A DNA stretch of 45,729 nucleotides from Nocardioides sp. (GCA_031177735.1 JAPSKJ010000001.1:1-45729), one strand, 5' to 3'. Positions 22,702 to 32,504 are shown, counted from the stretch's first letter. Notes: generated by a model not told the origin, from the letters alone. Program-made: numbers and translations.

Positions 22702-23640
22702 ATGAGAGCACCCGCAGTGGTCGTGGACGACCTGCGCAAGCGATACGGCGACACGGCCGCGGTCGACGGCGTGAGCTTCGCCGTCGAGCACGGCGAGATC
22801 TTCGGCATCCTCGGTCCCAACGGGGCGGGCAAGACAACGATCGTCGAGTCGATCGCCGGTCTCCGCACGGGCGACGCCGGCAGCATCCGGGTGCACGGGG
22901 TCGACCCGTGGACCGACCGGGAGGCACTGACCCGGATCCTGGGCATCCAGCTCCAGGAGAGCCGGCTGCAGGCCAAGATCACCGTCCGGGAAGCGCTCGA
23001 GCTGTGGTCGGCGTTCTACGACGACCCGCTCCCCTGGCGCGACCTCGCCGCGCGCGTCGGGCTGGCCGGCCTGCTGGCCGCTCGGTTCAGCAAGCTCAGC
23101 GGCGGCCAGCAGCAGCGGCTCTCGATCGCCCTCGCCCTGGTCGGCCGGCCACAGGTGGCGATCCTCGACGAGCTGAGCACCGGCCTCGACCCGCGGGTGC
23201 GCCAGGAGGTGTGGCAGCTGGTTCGCGAGGTGCGGGACACCGGCGTGACGATCTTGTTGGTGACCCACTCGATGGAGGAGGCGCAGCACCTGTGCGACCG
23301 GGTCGCGATCGTCGACGGCGGCCGGATCCGCGCCCTCGACACGCCGGTCGGCCTCATCCGCGCCGCCGGCGCCGGGACCACCATGAGGTTCACGCCCTCG
23401 GCGCCGATCGACCTCCAGTCGTTGCGCGAGCTCGCCGGGGTGAGCTCGGTCCACGCTGATGGTGGCGGACGTGTGGTGGTGCAGGGGTCGGAGGACGCGG
23501 TGGTCCTGGTCATGAGCAGCCTGGCCGCCCAGCGGGCCGTCCCGCAGGGCCTGCACGTGGCGTCCGGCTCGCTCGACAGCGCCTACCTCGACCTGACCGC
23601 CGCCGAGACCGCCGCCGAGACCGCGGAGGAGCACCGGTGA
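22702..23640 (+). CDS. ABC transporter ATP-binding protein
   Basis: GPNGAGKTT, LSGGQQQ, ILDELSTGLD and VTH. Confidence 0.95.
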   Translation: MRAPAVVVDDLRKRYGDTAAVDGVSFAVEHGEIFGILGPNGAGKTTIVESIAGLRTGDAGSIRVHGVDPWTDREALTRILGIQLQESRLQAKITVREALELWSAFYDDPLPWRDLAARVGLAGLLAARFSKLSGGQQQRLSIALALVGRPQVAILDELSTGLDPRVRQEVWQLVREVRDTGVTILLVTHSMEEAQHLCDRVAIVDGGRIRALDTPVGLIRAAGAGTTMRFTPSAPIDLQSLRELAGVSSVHADGGGRVVVQGSEDAVVLVMSSLAAQRAVPQGLHVASGSLDSAYLDLTAAETAAETAEEHR

Positions 23641-24389
23641 GCACGAGTCCCGGGACCACGGCGGTGCTGCGCACCGAGGCCCGCCTGTTCGGACGCGAGC
23701 TGGGCTCGCTGTTCTGGATCGTCGTCTTCCCGACCGCACTGCTGTGCATCCTCGGTGCGATCCCGAGCTTCCGCGAGCCCGGCGAGTGGAGCGAGCAGGG
23801 CCTGCGGGTGATCGACTTCTACGTCCCGACCAGCATCCTGCTCTCCATGGTGCTCGCCGCGATCATGGCCATGCCGCCGGTGGTGTTCGCCTACCGTGAG
23901 GGCGGCGTGCTCCGCCGCCTCCGCACGACACCGGTCGGCCCCTCAGCGATCCTGATCGCCCAGGTGATGCTGCACGCCGCCGCCGTCCTCGCCTCGTCGG
24001 TGCTGGTCTTCGTGGTCGGCGCGGTCGCCTTCGACACCCCGCTGCCCGAGTCGTGGGCCGGCTACCTGCTCGCCTACCTCCTCGCCGTGGTGGCCGCCTT
24101 CTCGATCGGCGCCGTCGTCACCGCGGTCACCCCGAACGCCCGGGTCGGCACCGCGATCGGCACCATCGTGTTCTTCCCGGCGATGTTCACCGCCGGCGTG
24201 TGGGTCCCGATCCAGGCGCTGCCGGACACGCTGCGCACGGTCCTCGGCTTCACCCCGCTGAGCGCCGCCAGTGAGGCGATGACCGATGCGATGGCCGGAG
24301 GGTTCCCCGACCTCAGCCACCTGGCCGTCGTCGCTGCCTGGGGTGCGGTCCTCTCGCTGATCGCGGTGCGGACCTTCCGCTGGGAGTGA
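23637..24389 (+). CDS. ABC-2 type exporter permease
   Basis: Six TM segments, YREGGVLRRLRTTP and a C-terminal FRWE. Confidence 0.9.
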   Translation: MSTSPGTTAVLRTEARLFGRELGSLFWIVVFPTALLCILGAIPSFREPGEWSEQGLRVIDFYVPTSILLSMVLAAIMAMPPVVFAYREGGVLRRLRTTPVGPSAILIAQVMLHAAAVLASSVLVFVVGAVAFDTPLPESWAGYLLAYLLAVVAAFSIGAVVTAVTPNARVGTAIGTIVFFPAMFTAGVWVPIQALPDTLRTVLGFTPLSAASEAMTDAMAGGFPDLSHLAVVAAWGAVLSLIAVRTFRWE

Positions 24390-24402
24390 GAGGCTCGGCG
24401 CC

Positions 24403-25650
24403 GTGAGTGGGTCAGTCCGTGTCGAGGAGGGCCGGGACCGGTGGTTCCGCTACCTGCCCTTCGTCCTCCTCGTCGTCGCCACGGCCGTGGCGCTGGCGAC
24501 CGGTCCGGCCACCGGGTCGCTGTCGCCCGCGCCGCGGCTGGCGGCGCAGCTCGTCCTCGTCGCGGTCACCGCCGGCTGGCTGTGGTGGTGGATGCTCGCG
24601 CGGCCGGCGCAGGGTCCGGCGCAGCTCCGGGTCTACTACGTCGGCCGCACGGCCCTCGCCCTGGCGCTCACCCTGCTCAACCCGCTGTTCTGCGTCTTCG
24701 CCTGGATCGGCTTCGCCGACGCGGCGGACGCGTTCCGGGGGCGCACCTTGCTGCTCGCCCTCGGCGCCACGGCGTTCACCATGGCGGCCGGGCAGTCCGG
24801 TGGCCTGCCGCCCGAGACGCCCGCACAGGCCGCGCTGTTCGTGGTGCTGCTCGGCCTCAACTTCGCGCTGGCGCACGGCATGGGTCGCTACTCGGTGCAG
24901 CTGTTGCGCACCAGTGAGGAGCGAGCCGAGGCGATCACCGAGCTCGAGCAGGTCAACGCCCACCTCGAGCGGGCGCTCGCCGAGAACGCCGCACTGCACG
25001 CGCAGCTGGTCGCGCAGGCCCGCGACGCCGGCGTGCAGGAGGAGCGGCAGCGGCTGGCCCGCGAGATCCACGACACCATCGCGCAGTCGCTCGCCGGCAT
25101 CGTCGCGCAGCTGCGGGCCACCCATGACGACACCGATCCCGCCGCAGTACGCCGCCGGGTCGACCGCGCCGCCGCGCTGGCCCGCGACGCGCTGGTCGAG
25201 GCGCGCCGCTCGATGATGGACCTGGTGCCCGCGCCGCTGGCCGACCGGTCGCTCCCGGAGGCCGTTACCGCACTGGTCGACGACTGGGCGTCCCACCACC
25301 CGGTGCAGGCGGCCACCGTGGTGACCGGCGAGGCCCGCCCGCTCCATCCGGAGGTCGAGGCCACGCTGCTCCGGGTCGTCCAGGAGGCACTGGCCAACGT
25401 GGCCCGCCACGCGGGTGCCTCCCGGGTGGGCGTCACGCTGAGCTACATCGACGACGAGGTGGTGGTGGACGTGCGGGACGACGGAGCGGGGTTCGACCCG
25501 CGCCGGCCGGTGCGAGCAAGCTCGTTCGGGCTGCGGGGCATGCGCCAGCGCGCCGAGCGGCTGGCCGGTGTGCTCGACCTGGAGTCCGAGCCCGGCGCCG
25601 GCACGGCCGTCTCCGTCCGGCTCCCGGCGATCGAGCGCGGTGCGGCGTGA
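24403..25650 (+). CDS. Membrane sensor histidine kinase (HisKA_3)
   Basis: ERQRLAREIHDTIAQ, QEALANVARHA, DDGAGF and FGLRGMRQR. Confidence 0.93.
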   Translation: MSGSVRVEEGRDRWFRYLPFVLLVVATAVALATGPATGSLSPAPRLAAQLVLVAVTAGWLWWWMLARPAQGPAQLRVYYVGRTALALALTLLNPLFCVFAWIGFADAADAFRGRTLLLALGATAFTMAAGQSGGLPPETPAQAALFVVLLGLNFALAHGMGRYSVQLLRTSEERAEAITELEQVNAHLERALAENAALHAQLVAQARDAGVQEERQRLAREIHDTIAQSLAGIVAQLRATHDDTDPAAVRRRVDRAAALARDALVEARRSMMDLVPAPLADRSLPEAVTALVDDWASHHPVQAATVVTGEARPLHPEVEATLLRVVQEALANVARHAGASRVGVTLSYIDDEVVVDVRDDGAGFDPRRPVRASSFGLRGMRQRAERLAGVLDLESEPGAGTAVSVRLPAIERGAA

Positions 25651-26279
25651 GCGGCTCGATCCGGATCCTCGTCGTCGACGACCATCCGGTCGTGCGCGAC
25701 GGCGTCGCCGCGACGCTCTCGGCGGTGGCCGACTTCGAGGTGGTCGGCCAGGCGGCGAACGGCGTGGAGGCGATCCAGCGTGCCGCCGCCCTCGACCCCG
25801 ACGTGGTGGTGATGGACCTGCGGATGCCCGGCGGCAACGGCGTCGACGCGGTCCGGGAGATGCAGCGACGCGGCCTGCGCGCCGCCGTGCTCGTGCTCAC
25901 CACCTACGACACCGACTCCGACACGGTGGCCGCGATCGAGGCGGGTGCCACCGGCTACCTGCTCAAGGACGCACCACCGGAGACGCTCGTTGCCGGGGTG
26001 CGCGCGACCGCGGCCGGCGAGACGGTGCTCTCCCCGACCGTAGCGACCCGGCTCGCCTCGCACGTGCGCCGGCCGTCGCGGACCGCCGCGCTCAGCGCGC
26101 GCGAGCGGGAGGTGCTGGTGCTGGTCGCCCGCGGCACGCCCAACCGCGCCATCGCCCAGGAGCTGTTCGTGAGCGAGGCGACCGTCAAGACGCACCTCAC
26201 CCACATCTACGACAAGCTCGGGGTCACCGACCGGGCCGCCGCTGTCGCGACGGCGTACGAGCTGGGGATCCTGGGCTGA
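25647..26279 (+). CDS. NarL/LuxR-family response regulator
   Basis: VVDDH, VMDLRMP, YLLKD and TVKTHLTHIYDKLG. Confidence 0.94.
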   Translation: MSGSIRILVVDDHPVVRDGVAATLSAVADFEVVGQAANGVEAIQRAAALDPDVVVMDLRMPGGNGVDAVREMQRRGLRAAVLVLTTYDTDSDTVAAIEAGATGYLLKDAPPETLVAGVRATAAGETVLSPTVATRLASHVRRPSRTAALSAREREVLVLVARGTPNRAIAQELFVSEATVKTHLTHIYDKLGVTDRAAAVATAYELGILG

Positions 26280-26291
26280 GCGGCGACCTGC

Positions 26292-26582
26292 TCAGACCGA
26301 GCCGCCGGCCACCGCCGGCAGCACGACGACCTGGTCGCCGTCGCTGAGCGGGGCGTCGAGGCCACCGATGAACCGGACGTCCTCGTCGTTGATGTAGACG
26401 TTGACGAAGCGGCGCAGGTCGACCTTGCCGTCCTTCTCCTCCACCAGGCGGTCCTTGATGCCGGGGTGGCCGGCGTCGAGGTCGTCGATCAGGGCGCTCA
26501 GGGAGGCGCCGTTGCCCGCGACCGCCTTCTCACCACCGGTGTACGTGCGCAGGATCGTGGGGATGCGGACCTCGATGGCCAT
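26292..26582 (-). CDS. cysO: MoaD/ThiS-family sulfur carrier protein (CysO-like)
   Basis: IPTILRTYTGG, RFVNVYINDEDVRF and PAVAGG followed by SV. Directly after mec. Confidence 0.88.
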   Translation of the reverse strand: MAIEVRIPTILRTYTGGEKAVAGNGASLSALIDDLDAGHPGIKDRLVEEKDGKVDLRRFVNVYINDEDVRFIGGLDAPLSDGDQVVVLPAVAGGSV

Positions 26583-26605
26583 GGTTCTCTCTTACCTCTC
26601 GGCGT

Positions 26606-27037
26606 TCAGGACGGCAGAGCGGCGACGACGTTGACCTCTTCCTCGGTCACCTCGCCGTCGACGATCCGAAAACTACGAAACTCCACGGGGCCCTCGTTAT
26701 TCCCGTGCTCGCGCGTGCTGACCAGCACGTAGTGGGCGCCCGGCTCGCTGGCCAGCCCGATGTCGGTGCGGCTGGGGTAGGCCTCGGTGGCGGTGTGGGA
26801 GTGGTAGATCACCACCGGCTCCTCGTCGCGCGCCCACATCTCCTTGTAGAGCTCGAGCAGCTCGGTGCTGTCGAACTCGTAGAACGTCGGGCTGCCCGCG
26901 GCGTTGACCATCTCGACCACCCGCTCCGGGCGGTCGCTGCCCTCAGGGCCCGCCACGATGCCACAGGCCTCGTCGGGGTGGTCCCGCTTGGCGTGGGCGA
27001 CGATGGCGTCGTACGTCGCCTGGTCGATGGTCAGCAC
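26606..27037 (-). CDS. mec: JAMM/MPN (M67) metallopeptidase, CysO-cysteine peptidase
   Basis: HPDEACG and the JAMM motif YHSHTATEAYPSRTD. GTG lies 7 nt after TAACCT. Confidence 0.9.
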   Translation of the reverse strand: MLTIDQATYDAIVAHAKRDHPDEACGIVAGPEGSDRPERVVEMVNAAGSPTFYEFDSTELLELYKEMWARDEEPVVIYHSHTATEAYPSRTDIGLASEPGAHYVLVSTREHGNNEGPVEFRSFRIVDGEVTEEEVNVVAALPS

Positions 27038-27148
27038 GATCCCAAGGTTAGGCGGTCCGCAGCGACCGCAGCGCACCCGCCCGGGCTGCGGACGTGGCGG
27101 AGATCACCGGCGGATGAGACGCCGCACCACCGGGGTAACCTCGCCGCC

Positions 27149-27463
27149 ATGTTGCCCGCCGACCCCTCCCCCACGTTCACCGGGCGCGGTGCCGCCGTGC
27201 AGCCTCCGGTCGCCTATCTGCCCTGCCGGCTGGACGACGACGGCGAGCTCGCCGAGGTGCTCATGGCGCAGCTCGCCGACGGCTCGGTCGCGCTGATGGG
27301 CTACACCGCGCTGGACCGCTTCGCCGAGGGCTGCGGCTCCGGCCACCCGTGGGTGCTGTGGCGCACCGACCAGCTCGAGCGGCTGCGGGAGCTGAAGCAC
27401 TTCGACCACGCCTACCTCGACATCCCCATGCCGGTCCACCTGCGCATCGAGGCCGCCTCGTGA
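27149..27463 (+). CDS. SAV_915/SseB-like small protein
   Basis: YLPC...LADGSVALMGYTALDRFAEGCGSGHPWVL pattern. ATG lies 7 nt after TAACCT. Confidence 0.65.
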   Translation: MLPADPSPTFTGRGAAVQPPVAYLPCRLDDDGELAEVLMAQLADGSVALMGYTALDRFAEGCGSGHPWVLWRTDQLERLRELKHFDHAYLDIPMPVHLRIEAAS

Positions 27464-27759
27464 GCAGGATCGAGCTGAGCCAGGCGACCGAGGACGCCCT
27501 CGTCGGCCACCACGACGCCGCCGCGACCGGCATCACCGACCTCGCCGACTCGGTGCCGACCGAGGTCGACGGCGGGCTCGGCACGCCGGAGCTGCTGGCC
27601 ATCCTGTCCGCCGCTGTGGAGACCGCCGACGAGCTGGCGCAGGTCAACGAGCTGCTGGCGGCCACCGTGAAGGCCGTCCACGACAACCTCCAGCTCACCG
27701 ACGAGTCGCTGGCCGGCTCGTTCGAGCAGGTGGCCGACCAGATCCCCGACAAGTCGTGA
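27460..27759 (+). CDS. Small acidic helical WXG100/EspC-like protein (putative T7SS partner)
   Basis: 99 aa, predicted helix-turn-helix hairpin around DGGLG, and a C-terminal LQLTDE resembling a Y/H-x3-D/E export motif. GTGA overlaps on both sides. Confidence 0.55.
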   Translation: MSRIELSQATEDALVGHHDAAATGITDLADSVPTEVDGGLGTPELLAILSAAVETADELAQVNELLAATVKAVHDNLQLTDESLAGSFEQVADQIPDKS

Positions 27760-28808
27760 TCGACACCAGCGTCCCGGGCACCACGACGGCTGTCGGCGCC
27801 TTGGCGTCGTGGCTGCGGGACTCACTGAAGAAGGCGGTCGCCGACAGCGCCGACGACGTCGACCGCGCACGCAAGCTGGCCAACGACCAGTGGGCCGGTG
27901 AGTCCGGCAACGCCTACGTGCGCTGCGCCGCCGACGTCATCCGGCTCACCGACGACTACGAGGAGCGGATCAAGCGCGCCGCCGACAAGATCGACGACTA
28001 CAAGGCGCGCCTCGGCACCTGCGAGACCCGGATGAGCGGGTTCCGGCAGGAGGCACGCGACGGCGGCCTGGTGGTGGACGGGGTCACCATCCACCCGCCC
28101 GAGGACCTGACCGACGAGGACCAGGTCAACCTCTACAACAAGCTGGTCACCGACGTCGGCGACGAGTGGACGAACTTCCAGGAGTGGATCGACGCCAACC
28201 TCAAGCCGGTCGAGGCGACCCTCGACCCCTCGCTGACCGAGAAGCTGCTGGAGGAGCTCCAGGGCGCCGCCGGCAACTTCGCGATCGCCTACGGCCTGGA
28301 GACCGGCAAGCGCAAGCTGCAGCAGAAGGCGACCGACCTCAAGAGCCAGGCCGACGAGCTGCACCGCTGGCGCCGCTCGGGCAACCCGGCGCGGCGGGCG
28401 GCCAACGCGCAGGCGCGCCAGAGCGGCCTGATCGACGAGCTCGGCGAGCGGAGCACGTGGCTCGGGCGGGCCTCGAAGGTGCTCGGTCCGCTCGGCACGG
28501 TCTACGAGGGCTACGTCGCCCTCGAGTCCGACACCCCTGCGGGCGGCCTGCTCGCCACCGGCGCAGGCCTGGCCGCGACCGCCGGTGTCGTCGCCGTGGT
28601 CGCGACCGCGCCGGTCAGCGTGCCGGCCGGACTGGTCGTCCTGGGCGCCACGGCGGTCGGCGTCGGCGTGAGCTGGGCCGTCACCGAGGGGTGGGATGCC
28701 CTTCCGGACAGCTTCACCGATCCCATCGACGACGCGGTCGAGGACGCCTGGAACGACACCAAGGACGCCGTCAGCGACGGCTGGGACGCGGTGACCGGAT
28801 GGATCTGA
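27756..28808 (+). CDS. WXG-motif protein, putative type VII secreted effector with hydrophobic Gly/Ala-rich C-terminus
   Basis: N-terminal helical domain with central QWAGESG, followed by a long GxxxG-rich hydrophobic segment and an acidic Trp-periodic tail. Confidence 0.65.
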   Translation: MIDTSVPGTTTAVGALASWLRDSLKKAVADSADDVDRARKLANDQWAGESGNAYVRCAADVIRLTDDYEERIKRAADKIDDYKARLGTCETRMSGFRQEARDGGLVVDGVTIHPPEDLTDEDQVNLYNKLVTDVGDEWTNFQEWIDANLKPVEATLDPSLTEKLLEELQGAAGNFAIAYGLETGKRKLQQKATDLKSQADELHRWRRSGNPARRAANAQARQSGLIDELGERSTWLGRASKVLGPLGTVYEGYVALESDTPAGGLLATGAGLAATAGVVAVVATAPVSVPAGLVVLGATAVGVGVSWAVTEGWDALPDSFTDPIDDAVEDAWNDTKDAVSDGWDAVTGWI

Positions 28809-28827
28809 CGGCTGTGAGGACGACGCG

Positions 28828-29493
28828 ATGAGGCTGTTCGTCTGGGCGATCCTCGTCTTCGGCGCCCTCAGCGGCGCCGCACTCGGTGCGCTGGGCGCGG
28901 CCACGGTCGCCACCGGCCGCTCCGGCGGCTGGCTGGCGCTGCTGCTCGGCGTGCAGACGGCGCTGATGTGCGGCCTGCTGTGCGTGGACCTGCGCCGTTA
29001 CCGCGGCACGCCGCCACCCGCCATGCGGGCCGACGACGGCGTCGCCCTGCCGCTGCGGCCCGGCTTCGTCCGCCGACGCGCCCTGGTCGTGCTGCTGCTC
29101 GGCACGCTGTGCCTCACCGCCGGCGCCGCGGGCCGCTCCGTGGTGGGCGTCCTGCTCGGCCTGGCGGGCTTCGCCCTCTTCAGTGCGTACGCCGCCTGGC
29201 TGGCCTTCCGCGCCGACCACCGCATCCGCCTCGACCCGCAGGGGCTGAGGCTGGCGGGCACGCGCGAGCCGATCGCCTGGCGCGACGTCGTCGACGCCTC
29301 GGTCGACTCCAGCAGCTGGCAGCCCTACCTGGTGGTGCGCACCCAGGGCGGCGCCCAGCATGCCGCCTCGCTGGTGCCGCAGGCCTGGTCCGGTGCGGCG
29401 CTGGCCGAGCTGATCAGGCGGGCGGGCCGGCACACGGCGTACCGCCGCGAGCTGGACTCGCCCGAGGCCGTCGAGCGGTTCCGGCCGAGCTGA
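28828..29493 (+). CDS. Membrane protein, candidate immunity protein
   Basis: About four TM segments plus a soluble C-terminus (IRLDPQGL...IAWRDV). GAGGA RBS; last gene of the cassette. Confidence 0.55.
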   Translation: MRLFVWAILVFGALSGAALGALGAATVATGRSGGWLALLLGVQTALMCGLLCVDLRRYRGTPPPAMRADDGVALPLRPGFVRRRALVVLLLGTLCLTAGAAGRSVVGVLLGLAGFALFSAYAAWLAFRADHRIRLDPQGLRLAGTREPIAWRDVVDASVDSSSWQPYLVVRTQGGAQHAASLVPQAWSGAALAELIRRAGRHTAYRRELDSPEAVERFRPS

Positions 29494-29505
29494 CGCCGGG
29501 AGACC

Positions 29506-30087
29506 TCAGCTCGACAGCGCGTCGACCAGGGTCTCCTGCAGGTAGCCGACCCAGTCGTAGATGTCGTGCGCCTGGGCCCGCGGGTCCTCGTCGGGCAGGG
29601 ACTCCCAGTAGGCCTCGTCGCCCGGCTCGACGCCGAGGCGGGTCGCCAGCGCCAGCCGCAGGTCGGTGAAGGAGCGCAGCCAGACCTCCGCGGTGGCCGG
29701 GTCGAGCTCGACGTCGATCATCAGGCCGTCCTCGGTGAGCTCCGAGGGCAGACCGGCCTCCTCGAGGTTGTCGATGATCGTCGAGGCCGCGGTCGCCTTG
29801 CCGTCGCGCAGGCCGCCCTCGGTGAAGCGGCGGAACTCCGCGGCCGCCTCGGCGTCGTCACGGTAGGCGGTCGGGAACAGCCGCTGCAGCACCGGGTCCT
29901 CGGGCTCGGTGGTCGGGCCGGTGAAGTCGAACATCGCCTCCAGCGGGTCGCTGGCGCGGGGCACGGCGGACTCGTTGCGGAGCAGCTCGACGAGCTGGGC
30001 GGCCAGGTTGCGCAGCAGGTCGGCCTCGAAGCCCGTGAACGTCGCGATGATGTCCTTGCTGCGGCGGTGGCGGGCGAACCCCGTCAT
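29506..30087 (-). CDS. DUF2017 family protein
   Basis: DPVLQRLFPTAY, EFRRFTE, WLRSFTDLRLALATRLG and YDW...LQE. Downstream of clpS. Confidence 0.88.
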   Translation of the reverse strand: MTGFARHRRSKDIIATFTGFEADLLRNLAAQLVELLRNESAVPRASDPLEAMFDFTGPTTEPEDPVLQRLFPTAYRDDAEAAAEFRRFTEGGLRDGKATAASTIIDNLEEAGLPSELTEDGLMIDVELDPATAEVWLRSFTDLRLALATRLGVEPGDEAYWESLPDEDPRAQAHDIYDWVGYLQETLVDALSS

Positions 30088-30136
30088 CGGGCCTCCCCCC
30101 GGGGCGTGAGCGCTGCGAGCGGTCCGGCGGAGTCGG

Positions 30137-30430
30137 TCATCCTTGCTTCTCCAAGGTGGCCCACAGGCCGTACTCGTGCATCGCCTGCACGTCACGCTCC
30201 ATCTCTTCGCGGCTGCCGGAGCTCACCGCCGACTTCCCCTCGCGATGCACCTGCAGCATGAGCTTCTCGGCCTTCGCCTTGTCGTAGCCGAAGTACTGCT
30301 GGAAGACGTAGGTGACATACGACATCAGGTTCACCGGGTCGTCCCACACGATGGTGACCCACGGCTGCGAGGTCGCCATGACGTCGTCAGCGACCGGCTC
30401 GTCCAACTCGACGGGGCTGGGTGCGGACAT
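30137..30430 (-). CDS. clpS: ClpS adaptor
   Basis: [25 protein letters not shown] and GLWATL. Confidence 0.95.
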   Translation of the reverse strand: MSAPSPVELDEPVADDVMATSQPWVTIVWDDPVNLMSYVTYVFQQYFGYDKAKAEKLMLQVHREGKSAVSSGSREEMERDVQAMHEYGLWATLEKQG

Positions 30431-30458
30431 GCCCTCATCGTGGCACAGACTAAGGATC

Positions 30459-31754
30459 GTGACGCACCCCAGCACCCGCTCGACGGCCCTGCTCACCGAC
30501 CACTACGAGCTCACCATGCTGCAGGCGGCGCTCGCGGCCCGCACCGCGTCGCGGCGCGCGGTCTTCGAGCTGTTCCCACGGCGCCTGCCGGAGGGCCGGC
30601 GCTACGGCGTCGTCGCCGGCGTGGGCCGCGCGCTCGACGCGCTGGAGTCGTTCCGGTTCGACGACGAGGTGCTCGCCGCGCTGGAGCACGTCGTCGACGA
30701 GCCGACCCGGGAGTGGCTGGCCGGTTACCGGTTCCAAGGCGACATCTGGGGCTACGCCGAGGGCGAGGCCTACTTCCCGCACTCCCCCCTCGTCGTGGTG
30801 GAGTCGACCTTCGCCGAGGCGGTGCTGCTGGAGACGCTGCTGCTCTCGATCTACAACCACGACTCAGCGGTCGCCTCCGCCGCCTCCCGCATGACGCTCG
30901 CCGCCGGTGACCGCCCGTGCATCGAGATGGGGTCGCGGCGTACCCACGAGCAGGCCGCCGTGGCGTCGGCGCGCGCCGCCTACGTCGCCGGCTTCGTGAG
31001 CTCCTCCAACCTCGAGGCCCGCGCCCGCTACGGGGTCCCGTCGACCGGCACCAGCGCGCACTCCTTCACCCTGCTGCACGACACCGAGGCCGACGCGTTC
31101 CGGGCGCAGGTCTCCTCCCTCGGCGCGGGCACCACCCTGTTGGTCGACACCTACGACATCGCCGAGGCCGTCCGCCTCGGGGTGGAGGTGGCCGGCCCGG
31201 AGCTCGGGGCGGTCCGGCTCGACTCGGGCGACCTTCCTGTCCTGGCCGAGCGCGTACGCCGCCAGCTGGACCGGCTCGGGGCGACCGAGACCCGCATCAT
31301 CGTCACCAGCGACCTGGACGAGTTCGCGATCGCCGCGCTGGCCGCGGCGCCGGTCGACGGCTACGGCGTCGGCACGCAGCTGGTCACCGGCAGCGGCCAC
31401 CCGACCTGCGGCTTCGTCTACAAGCTGGTCTCGCGGGAGGGATCGGACGGCGAGATGGTCTCGGTCGCCAAGAAGAGCCCCGACAAGGGCTCGGTCGGCG
31501 GGCGCAAGTTCGCCCTCCGGCGGCGCTCCGCGGCCGGCGTCGCGGAGGCCGAGATCGTGGGCATCGGCAGGCCGCCCGTCGACGACGGTGACGACCGGCC
31601 GCTGCTGGTGCCGCTGGTCCGCGACGGCGAGGTGGTCGGCCGTGAGCCGCTCGACGCGGCCCGCGACCGTCACGCGGCGTCGCGGGCGGAGCTGCCGCTC
31701 GAGGTGCGGTCGATGTCGAAGGGCGAGCCGGCGATCGAGACGATCTTCGTCTGA
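30459..31754 (+). CDS. pncB: Nicotinate phosphoribosyltransferase
   Basis: [41 protein letters not shown] and VYKLV. Confidence 0.95.
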   Translation: MTHPSTRSTALLTDHYELTMLQAALAARTASRRAVFELFPRRLPEGRRYGVVAGVGRALDALESFRFDDEVLAALEHVVDEPTREWLAGYRFQGDIWGYAEGEAYFPHSPLVVVESTFAEAVLLETLLLSIYNHDSAVASAASRMTLAAGDRPCIEMGSRRTHEQAAVASARAAYVAGFVSSSNLEARARYGVPSTGTSAHSFTLLHDTEADAFRAQVSSLGAGTTLLVDTYDIAEAVRLGVEVAGPELGAVRLDSGDLPVLAERVRRQLDRLGATETRIIVTSDLDEFAIAALAAAPVDGYGVGTQLVTGSGHPTCGFVYKLVSREGSDGEMVSVAKKSPDKGSVGGRKFALRRRSAAGVAEAEIVGIGRPPVDDGDDRPLLVPLVRDGEVVGREPLDAARDRHAASRAELPLEVRSMSKGEPAIETIFV

Positions 31755-31780
31755 GGCTTCGTCTGAGGCTTCGTCTGAGG
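31745..31780. repeat. Perfect 12-bp tandem repeat (three copies) spanning the pncB stop codon
   Basis: CTTCGTCTGAGG three times. Confidence 0.9.
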
Positions 31781-31837
31781 GCTGCTCCGGCCTCCGGCTC
31801 GGGTCCTTCCTGACGGCGCGCCGGTAGCCTGGAGCCC

Positions 31838-32416
31838 ATGACCAGGCGGGCCCTCATCGTCGTGGACGTGCAGAACGACTTCTGCGAGGGCGGCTCGCTG
31901 CCCGTGCTGGGCGGCACCCGCGTCGCCAGCGACATCGCAGACCTGCTGCAGGCCCGCGCGCAAGGGCTGCCGGGCGCACCCGGCTACGACGTCGTGGTCG
32001 CCACCAAGGACCACCACATCGACCCCGGCGGCCACTGGGCCGAGACCCCGGACTACGCGCAGTCGTGGCCGGTGCACTGCCGGGTGGGCACCGAGGGCGA
32101 GGCCTTCCACCCCAGCCTGGACCATGCGCCCTTCGACGCGATCTTCCTCAAGGGCGAGCACCAGGCGGCGTACTCCGGCTTCGAGGGGCACGCCGCCGAC
32201 GGCACGCCCCTTGCCGACTGGCTGCGTGCGCACCAGGTGGGCGCGGTCGACGTCTGCGGGTTGGCGACCGACCACTGCGTGCGGGCGACGGCCCTCGACG
32301 CCGTCAGCGCCGGCTTCACCACCACCGTCCTGACCGCGCTCTGCGCGGGTGTCGCCCCGGAGACGACCGACGCCGCCGTGGAGGAGATGCGCGCCGCCGG
32401 CGTCGCGATCGCCTGA
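31838..32416 (+). CDS. pncA: Nicotinamidase/pyrazinamidase
   Basis: VDVQNDFCEGGSL, DHH, WPVHC, KG...YSGF and GLATDHCV. Confidence 0.93.
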   Translation: MTRRALIVVDVQNDFCEGGSLPVLGGTRVASDIADLLQARAQGLPGAPGYDVVVATKDHHIDPGGHWAETPDYAQSWPVHCRVGTEGEAFHPSLDHAPFDAIFLKGEHQAAYSGFEGHAADGTPLADWLRAHQVGAVDVCGLATDHCVRATALDAVSAGFTTTVLTALCAGVAPETTDAAVEEMRAAGVAIA

Positions 32417-32504
32417 CACGCTGAGGCCACTGGCCGCGAAGCGCCGCAAATATCCCCCCGAGGAACCACCGTCATCGGGCGATCGGAGGGTTAGCCTCGG
32501 CCGG

